A stretch of DNA of 28,848 bases from a virus. Lineage: Duplodnaviria > Caudoviricetes. The DNA is taken from positions 1 through 28,848 of IMG/VR virus record IMGVR_UViG_3300024181_000071. One strand, given 5' to 3'. The notes under the pieces were generated by a model. The model saw nothing but the letters and a program-made list of their open reading frames with translations, searched no databases and was not told the DNA's origin. This document shows positions 16,001-22,274 of the stretch, in pieces. The translations under genes and the position numbers were made by a program. Positions within the stretch are counted from its first letter, which is position 1, and each line of letters starts with the position of its first letter.

Positions 16001-18359
16001 GGTAGGCTCCGGGATAGGCCGGTCCTGTCGAGATGGTTGTGTAACCCTGCCAAGCAGAAGAAGGAACACTTCCATTAGCCGGTGGACATGCTCCAGACCA
16101 TTTCCCCCCAGAGGCTAATTGCACGGTGTCGTTCAGAACCACCGTACCCAATTGGCAGATGTCGTACTGCGAAGGCATTTGCATGTAGGAATTGAAGACC
16201 ATGTTTCCGTTGGAAACAGTAGAGACCGGGATGTTCAAAGGAGCATTCGCGGATGCGGCCAAAGCCGTCAAAAGATTCGGCACGTTGTCGAACAGCACGA
16301 CTTGATTCGTTACGGAAGTCGAAGCCGCATTAGCAAGTGTGAAGCTGGTTCCCGGTGCTCCACTGACAATCGTTGTGACGAGTTCATCATTCTGTGCGGA
16401 GCCTGCTGTGCAAGGATTAGTGCCAGCCCAGTAAGGAACGAGGAAGTTATCCCGCAAAGGTGAGCCAAGGTCATCCCATGCCAAGGCCATGTCGGTGATG
16501 CTGGCTGCTGTGTTGTCGGGAGCGGAGATTCCGATAGGGACGTATCCAGCCCCGCCACGGTCTGAGCAAATGATGTATTGGTGCGCTCCAGCGACATGGC
16601 TCCAAGAAACAAGATTTTCATTGAACCAGTGAACCGTGCCGCCTGTTGCGGAAGTCGTTGCTCCTGAAGCCGTGTCAAATCCACTCGTATAAGTGAAGTG
16701 GGTGTTGTCTGGAACCGTGGCCAGAATATACGTGCCGGAGAAACTTCCATCACTGACCTGATTGATGATGACAGCGGCTCCGGCAATCAGTTCGTGCACG
16801 CCTGAAGTGAGGCAAGTGACAGTCTGACCGGAACGGGCGCAGGAAGTAATGCCAACCGACCGCGCACCAAGATTAGCTTTGCCGTTCGTGATGGTCGTTG
16901 CGGCGCTCGCTACTGTCATGCCCCGGCCCTTGTCTACGGCCACAATCTTGTAGTTGTAAGTCGTGGCTCCGGTTGGCCCTGTTACCACAACCGTTGTGCC
17001 TGTAGGTCCAGCGGCTAGGCTGGGAACGACAGTTGGGACTGGGGCAGTCATGGACTGAGGAGCACCGCCCCCAACGATTGTGATGCCGTCGCCATTCGTA
17101 AAGCACTGACTGCTTGCCTGAGCAGGGCAGTTGCTTGTGGAGACGGTCAGAGAAGTAGACGTGCTGTTGATCGTTCCGGTAATTCCAGGTACGCCCGGAA
17201 TAAAGCGGGAGTCTAGTGCCCTGACACCATAAGCCCGTGGGTCCACATAAGGGTTAGGCCCTTTGGGAATGGAATCGTCGCCAATCGAAAGAGCAGTCCC
17301 GTTCTCGCAGACGTTCGATGCCCCGAAAGAGCCGGAAGCGTTCTTTTGCAGGCAGTTTAGAGGGTTAGCTGGTGTACCGCCTCCGCCGCCTCCCGTTCCG
17401 CCGCCTATTCCTATCCACAGAGCGCCTGTCCAGGAATACAAAACTCTGTTGCAGTGCGAGGCTGTCGTATCGAAGGTGAAGCCTTGCGGGTTGCTGACGT
17501 TTCCAGGGAAGGCAAATGTCCTTCCGCCAACGCCATCCTGACAGGCATTAAGAATGAACTGCGTGCCTGCTCTTCCGGTAGTCGTAAAGACGGAAGAAGT
17601 CACGTTTCCAGTGAGCGTCATGTCGAAAACGGCGGAACGCGAATTGGAAAGTGTAGGAGTGGCTGAAAACGTTACGGGGTAATAGTCGAGTGCCCCGTCC
17701 GGTATGTTGTCCAGCTGATGCCAGTTCGTGCCGTTATAAACAAAAGTAATCTTGTTCTTGGCTAGCGGCAGAATCCTGAAAGCGAAATCATCCGCAAAGA
17801 TGAAGTTACCGGGCCAAACTACCGTGTGACCGCCTGTTGCGTCCTGGTCAAAGGAAAACCGCAAGAGATTTCCGTTTACCGGAGTCCCGGTAATCGTGAT
17901 GGCCGTGATGTTGGCTGTCAGTACCGTGGAATAGCTGGCATTCTGGGTTGCGGCAAAAGACGGCGTGGTAGAAAAGGTTACGGAACTATTCGGCAGTCCT
18001 CCAGCAGATGCGCACGAAGCCCCTACGATGCAAGGCAGAACGACGGTAAATGGCCCATGCGCAACGACGTTTAACCCCGTGACGGTGTATTCATAAGTTC
18101 CAGGAGCGGCCCAAAAGGAGAAGTTTCCGAAGGCATCCGTGATGATGGGATTGGATTGGGCAATTGTAAGGGCTTGGTCCTGAAAGATATTCACCGTAGG
18201 CGAGCAAGGAACGCCGGGAGAACCAGCCGTACAGACAGTGACTTGCGCTCCGCCAACTGGCCTTCCTGTCGAGCCAAGAATGATGGCCTGATAGTTACTT
18301 CCCTGCCCATAAGCCAGAGCAGGGAAAAGAAGCGCCAGTGCTAGAAACCATCGTTTCAT
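12996..18359 (-). CDS. Large tail fibre/tailspike protein (1787 aa) with N-terminal signal peptide
   Basis: MKRWFLALALLFPALAYG|Q; tailspike-type N-domain (GRPVGGAQVTV...FQDQAL...NPIITDAFG); two QDxxGGxT modules; probable beta-helix; Fn3-like domains; G/S/T-rich; located directly after ejection genes. Confidence 0.85.
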   Translation of the reverse strand: MKRWFLALALLFPALAYGQGSNYQAIILGSTGRPVGGAQVTVCTAGSPGVPCSPTVNIFQDQALTIAQSNPIITDAFGNFSFWAAPGTYEYTVTGLNVVAHGPFTVVLPCIVGASCASAGGLPNSSVTFSTTPSFAATQNASYSTVLTANITAITITGTPVNGNLLRFSFDQDATGGHTVVWPGNFIFADDFAFRILPLAKNKITFVYNGTNWHQLDNIPDGALDYYPVTFSATPTLSNSRSAVFDMTLTGNVTSSVFTTTGRAGTQFILNACQDGVGGRTFAFPGNVSNPQGFTFDTTASHCNRVLYSWTGALWIGIGGGTGGGGGGTPANPLNCLQKNASGSFGASNVCENGTALSIGDDSIPKGPNPYVDPRAYGVRALDSRFIPGVPGITGTINSTSTSLTVSTSNCPAQASSQCFTNGDGITIVGGGAPQSMTAPVPTVVPSLAAGPTGTTVVVTGPTGATTYNYKIVAVDKGRGMTVASAATTITNGKANLGARSVGITSCARSGQTVTCLTSGVHELIAGAAVIINQVSDGSFSGTYILATVPDNTHFTYTSGFDTASGATTSATGGTVHWFNENLVSWSHVAGAHQYIICSDRGGAGYVPIGISAPDNTAASITDMALAWDDLGSPLRDNFLVPYWAGTNPCTAGSAQNDELVTTIVSGAPGTSFTLANAASTSVTNQVVLFDNVPNLLTALAASANAPLNIPVSTVSNGNMVFNSYMQMPSQYDICQLGTVVLNDTVQLASGGKWSGACPPANGSVPSSAWQGYTTISTGPAYPGAYQANGAINMDSIQWTNATGTNNKVYMLMDLSGVPSGTLGGMNFVIGGNMGIGLVSRGAPAGASGATKVPMKGNWLFSSPTVSVGDSTTPAFYASPAGYLMENISLAGRGLVFKTPSQPFGDTIPIKTLYMNGGITPLITMVGGGANQFIHLGYAAIDTVGLPLFANLNAVGSKITVEDLASGPSNDGVSVPPLVSGFSTPVIGVSMGAGYTRNAAIITGTGHSSTMSPGSPLLQQIIEGDIWVGTLHSIFINAPALAPPTGAVAAGGSVPVGTISYRVVPVWQNGGEGRYSAPASFTTTGGNQTVNLSWIAAPGNPTGYNLYRSTGGGFAILCGGLITTTSFSDTAAGTCGQVSETIPTGGPTMLMPGTQGIAAPKFLGGGYASTPTASKTSSYTPTANDNIIPADASAGGFTISLNPAIVGSHWTILRVDNVPGNVLTINTTSGTLDGAASATINVLSGKIFTCTGGNCQTEATSSAGSITVTPEPQYADTYYTGAGTSSTLGGNAPQTVNGTYVRVHAVTASAAVAPSDALLGIPVNTQTCSGYTLLYSDRASRLNCTGGTTATVTLPAIASNFGSNMPFQAFNGNSGNLTLTATSPNTIDGSGAGGSSVIFPGWLGHVTSDNTPSWLSLKVPTFAAFPPCLDTAGQHLNFSLTTGILCGTSSSGGGGGSSAWDLITNPATGNLALTMGTHLSEWDYATALSNAWKITNNTAATVTTPQNGPIVNLACGQEWTGAGASTEGCFQVQLTPGTGLNAQSLVAVKNTSSSTNTNNGFNFNGNIYVPAGGKLGINSQGNENAQFSAGGMSCASGTRCVAFFNTGNTDTGGIDGTVSRMAASLIGIGSGSAGSRGGLLLSANNQPQVTASYTNATTTPSTFQTWTLPASAQNYSYECRGVYSSSASTATLALSVNSSVAPTSLMASARIFTTLTGTSTDATVTTTSSGNQAVLTGATPNATSTNYQFSIYGTIEEPGAGGTFAIQAAAGGAGTVTILRGSTCTLY

Positions 18360-19663
18360 TGAAATAGCCCCTTGCTGCCGTTTATCTGCAGCTTTTGCTT
18401 CTCTGCTACATAAGCGGGAATGTCCGCGTCAGCCATGCCGTTGGGAATTGAAATGTCAGGAATCCCCGGAGTTTTTGCCCACCTGATACCCATTGCGTTA
18501 GAAATTGTGTACGGCTTTCCCTCTGACGAAAAGCTGGTGACTTCCTTCGGGGGATTGAATCCTTCGGGCGGCGTGTAAATCACCTTGTTGCCGATTTGCT
18601 GGAGCTGCGTGCCAGCGCCCGGTGTCCCGCTTTTCCCCATGCCCACTAGTTCATTGCGCGGAACAGAACCCATGTACTTCGGGTTGATTGGAGAAACTGC
18701 TTCGTTTGGCTCCGGCAACTGAATCACGCTGCCATACGGGATTTCACCTTTTGGCGTGAAAGGATTCGTGGCAATCGGTGCAGCCTGTGCTTGTGGAGAA
18801 AATGGGTCGCCACGAAGATTGGAAGGCAAACGAGTCGGCAATTTAGAAGAAAAACCGGGATTCTCAGGACTACCTACTTCCGGCTCGACTGCATTGAGTT
18901 TGTCGAATTTTGCTGCAATGCGATTTATGGAATTTATCTCGGCCCCGCGATTCGCGTAAAACTCATCAGCGGCAGGAAGCATTGCACCTGGATAGACAGG
19001 TTTCGGGGAAGGCTTGAACATTGCTTCCATCATGGATGGCCCCATTCTATAACCAGCTGCGCCGCCAGCAATCGCCCCGTAAGGACTTCCATGCGATAGC
19101 CCGTAAGCACTGCCTATTGCTGCGCCGCCAATCTGAGAAGCCGTTCTGACGCCAGGACGCATATTGCCATCAGGTGAAAATGCCGCATCGCTGATAGCAC
19201 CTTTTGTTCTTCTCAGTGCTTCCGGGACAAGAGGAGATGCAGCTTGAACCATAGGAGCCGCTGTTGCGCCCCAAACTCCTGAAGTATCTCCGCTACGTGC
19301 AGCTTCTTCCATGGCGGAAGCGTTCGTAAAAGGAAGTGCAGCCCCGACGCGGTAAGCTAGTCCTGCACCCTCTTTTTTCCTCCGCTCATCAGCTTGGCGC
19401 GAAGCATCGGCCATTGCGGACTTGGCTTCTAAATCCATTCCGGGATAAGGACTAACGCCAGAAGGAATGAATGCTTGACCGAAATTGGATGCAAAACCTC
19501 CACCTTCTCGGTCACTTCCCGGCCTATCTTTCTCGAACTGTGTTGGCTGAGAAGAAAGCAGTAGCGCAATCTTCTTTTGCATCGGATGGCCAGTGGGCAG
19601 CTTCCCCGCAATCTCTTGCAGGTCCGCAACGTCTTGCTGGCTCAGATTCTGGTCATCAGCCAC
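18356..19663 (-). CDS. Putative internal virion/DNA ejection protein (435 aa)
   Basis: Ala/Gly-rich helical protein with glycine zipper (IGGAAIGSAYG..GAIAGGAAG); position between nozzle and fibre genes. Confidence 0.65.
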   Translation of the reverse strand: MADDQNLSQQDVADLQEIAGKLPTGHPMQKKIALLLSSQPTQFEKDRPGSDREGGGFASNFGQAFIPSGVSPYPGMDLEAKSAMADASRQADERRKKEGAGLAYRVGAALPFTNASAMEEAARSGDTSGVWGATAAPMVQAASPLVPEALRRTKGAISDAAFSPDGNMRPGVRTASQIGGAAIGSAYGLSHGSPYGAIAGGAAGYRMGPSMMEAMFKPSPKPVYPGAMLPAADEFYANRGAEINSINRIAAKFDKLNAVEPEVGSPENPGFSSKLPTRLPSNLRGDPFSPQAQAAPIATNPFTPKGEIPYGSVIQLPEPNEAVSPINPKYMGSVPRNELVGMGKSGTPGAGTQLQQIGNKVIYTPPEGFNPPKEVTSFSSEGKPYTISNAMGIRWAKTPGIPDISIPNGMADADIPAYVAEKQKLQINGSKGLFQ

Positions 19664-20943
19664 TACTGCACTCCTGTAATTCTGCCGTTGGCGTCACGGA
19701 TAATCTTTAGTCCGCCCGTTCCGCTTGCTGGCGTGTCTCCTTCGGGGGAGAAGTCTTTGGGGAACTGTACCTTATCAGTCAATCCGGCTTGTGAAGCTGA
19801 GTCGTGCGCTTGCTGCCAAGCCGTATGCCTTTGCGCATGCGCTAGCTTCATCATGGAATCCATCTGAGGTTTGGTTAGAACAACGCCGCTCAAATAGCCA
19901 TCGCTATCGAACTTGGCAGCCACGGTTTGCAGCCACGGAGCCGAAGCCGTTGCTTCATGGAGAATATCTTTCGTGATTCGTGCGCCTTTCTGAAGTCCTA
20001 GAGTCATGCCGATATGGTTCGTCAAAAGATTCAGCATGGCCTGCTGGTCGTTCTTTTCCGTTGCATCCTTGTAGGAGCTGTTCATAGAACGCAACCGGAA
20101 GTCAGCACCGCGAGCCGTAACCAAATCCTTCGTAACCTGCTTGGCATTCTCACTCTCAAACGCTTTATCACCTGATGCAGTCGGAGGAACAGGCAACTTT
20201 GACTTACCCATATCTCTGATAACTGCGCCTGTCTTCGTATCTACCAGTACTTTGTGGTTCTGTCCGCCAATATCCAAATCGGTCAGAGTGCCGCCCTTTG
20301 TATCAGTTTCTTTGGTGTTCTTTATTTTCTCCAGCGCATCGAGCGGCTTCATGCCGCCAGCCGTCAGGGATTCAAATGTTTGCTCATCCGGCGTCTTGGC
20401 AGGAGGATTCTCTTTCGCATTGGCGAGCTTATCCCAATAGCCTTCCTGCGCCGTGCGATGTGTAATCTCAGAGCCGATATTCTGGGCGTTAAGAGCCGCC
20501 AGTTTTTGTGCTTGGTCCTGCTTGATGGCGTCTTCAGTCAGCCCGTATTGCTTTGTGAGTCCTGCAATCTGCCGCTGCCGCTGATAGTATCCGCTGATGA
20601 TGCTGCCAAGCTGGGGATTCCTCTGAGACATGATTGCGCCCAGAACGTGCCGAATCGTTCCGCCAACTCCAACTTCCGGGGGATTGTAGGCCTCGCTGAG
20701 CCTTGCACTGATGTCTCTAAGTTGCGGCTGATAGATGTCTCGCGTCACGTCGGGTTGGCCGCTGGTATTCGGATTGAATGCAGGCGACAAGGAAACTCCG
20801 CTACGAGCATTCGCTGGAGCTGGCTGCATGGCATCGTCAGGAGCTGGATTTTCGTCACCAGCGTAGCTAGAACTTCCACTCGTCCACGGGCTGTATGCCC
20901 CTGCGAAGGTCTGCGGATTCAGGAGTTTTCTAATTGTTGCCAT
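19663..20943 (-). CDS. Putative internal virion/DNA ejection protein (426 aa)
   Basis: Q/A/K-rich helical protein without Cys; VLVDTKTGAVIRDMG repeat-type motif; synteny. Confidence 0.65.
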   Translation of the reverse strand: MATIRKLLNPQTFAGAYSPWTSGSSSYAGDENPAPDDAMQPAPANARSGVSLSPAFNPNTSGQPDVTRDIYQPQLRDISARLSEAYNPPEVGVGGTIRHVLGAIMSQRNPQLGSIISGYYQRQRQIAGLTKQYGLTEDAIKQDQAQKLAALNAQNIGSEITHRTAQEGYWDKLANAKENPPAKTPDEQTFESLTAGGMKPLDALEKIKNTKETDTKGGTLTDLDIGGQNHKVLVDTKTGAVIRDMGKSKLPVPPTASGDKAFESENAKQVTKDLVTARGADFRLRSMNSSYKDATEKNDQQAMLNLLTNHIGMTLGLQKGARITKDILHEATASAPWLQTVAAKFDSDGYLSGVVLTKPQMDSMMKLAHAQRHTAWQQAHDSASQAGLTDKVQFPKDFSPEGDTPASGTGGLKIIRDANGRITGVQ

Positions 20944-20949
20944 AAGCCC

Positions 20950-21222
20950 TCATAAGAGGAATTTCGCCACTCCGCCTAATGCTCCCATCGCTCCACCGGA
21001 ACCTGAAAAGCCTGACAGCCCTTGCATTATCTTGTTTCCTCCGGGCTGGCCGTTCTTTATGCCGCCAAGAAACATTTGTCTTGCTCCCGGCCTACCCGGC
21101 TGCTGCTGGCCAGCATCGAGAAAACTAGGCATATCTCCGTATTGCGATTGCCCCATGTCAATTCCGTTTTCATCCTGATAGCCTTGTCCCGGCCTGCGCA
21201 TTTGCATCCCTAGAAATGACAT
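20950..21222 (-). CDS. Small Gly/Gln/Met-rich putative ejection protein (90 aa)
   Basis: GGAGG SD; low-complexity sequence with Gly-rich hydrophobic C-terminus. Confidence 0.65.
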   Translation of the reverse strand: MSFLGMQMRRPGQGYQDENGIDMGQSQYGDMPSFLDAGQQQPGRPGARQMFLGGIKNGQPGGNKIMQGLSGFSGSGGAMGALGGVAKFLL

Positions 21223-21231
21223 CTCTTCCTC

Positions 21232-21834
21232 CTAATGCCCTGTGAGCAGCGAACCGAGATTACTGCCAAGTGAGCCGCCGAAGTTGCTCATAAACGAATC
21301 GCCAAAGCCCGGATGCCCTTTGACCGTTCCGTACAACTGGTTTGCTTGCCCGACCAATTGATTTTGTTGACTGTTAAGGCTATTGAGAAAACTACTATCT
21401 ATCCCATAAAGCCCTGCAATTCCTTGCAAGCCAATCATCTTTCTGCGCAAGGACTCATCGGCAAAATCCTTCTGATTCTGCAAGTTCTGGCTGGCCAAGT
21501 CCCGGCCCTTACCACGAGCTGCCGCTCCTAGAAACGAACTAAACCCAGCTGAGTTGCCCGTTCTAGCCATTCTGCGCGAAGCCGCGTCGGTCGCTCCGCC
21601 GTAAGCCTCGTTGATTCCGCCTAGCGTGCTTTGATTGATGGAAGACTTTTCCGCGTCGGAGTAGCCGGAATTGAGCAAGGAACTGAACCCCGGCATGAGT
21701 GCGCCAAACTCTGAACTTCGTTGCCCCGCCGTCTTGCCCGCCTGTGCGCCAAGATTGCCGGATTGCGAGGTAATTCCCTGCTGGACACCTTTGCGACTGT
21801 CGAGCGACCCGAAGGTAGGACCAAGAAAACTCAT
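21232..21834 (-). CDS. Putative ejection/pilot protein (200 aa)
   Basis: Start at ATGA overlap 21834 (MSFLGP); G/S/Q/A-rich; ASRRMARTG and C-terminal GGSLG pattern typical of podophage internal proteins. Confidence 0.7.
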   Translation of the reverse strand: MSFLGPTFGSLDSRKGVQQGITSQSGNLGAQAGKTAGQRSSEFGALMPGFSSLLNSGYSDAEKSSINQSTLGGINEAYGGATDAASRRMARTGNSAGFSSFLGAAARGKGRDLASQNLQNQKDFADESLRRKMIGLQGIAGLYGIDSSFLNSLNSQQNQLVGQANQLYGTVKGHPGFGDSFMSNFGGSLGSNLGSLLTGH

Positions 21835-22274
21835 TCGCGCACCGCCCATTGCAAAGTGAAGGTCTGTGAGGCTCCCGGAGTTCCTACCATATTGATTGTC
21901 AAATTGTTCACTGACTCAGTATAAGTGAAACCTATAGTCCCGGTACCGCCATTTCGTACTACCTGCGCGAACGGAGCCGAATTGTAGAGACCGGACGGGA
22001 AGGTAAGCACGATTTTTGGATTGGCGGATATTCCTGCCGTCCCGCATGTCACTGTCAGCTTTCCACGTTTAAAGGTTCCGTCTACGGAAGAAATAGTTGC
22101 ACCGGTTCCGAAACCAGTTATAGAAAAATCAAGCGGCCTTACAGCCGTTCCGGGACCCAGTGCAGAAATAAGCTGATTATGCTCCTGTACCATTTTGCGG
22201 TGGCTCTCGTAGTTGAGAGGATTTTCCTTCAGCCCCGCGATGGCGGTAATCGAGATGGGGTTAGGCAGAGCCAT
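21831..22274 (-). CDS. Putative small tail structural protein (147 aa)
   Basis: Start at TGATG overlap (MALPNP); short helix then beta-sandwich (GTFKRGKLTVT...LTFP...YNSAP). Confidence 0.7.
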   Translation of the reverse strand: MALPNPISITAIAGLKENPLNYESHRKMVQEHNQLISALGPGTAVRPLDFSITGFGTGATISSVDGTFKRGKLTVTCGTAGISANPKIVLTFPSGLYNSAPFAQVVRNGGTGTIGFTYTESVNNLTINMVGTPGASQTFTLQWAVRE

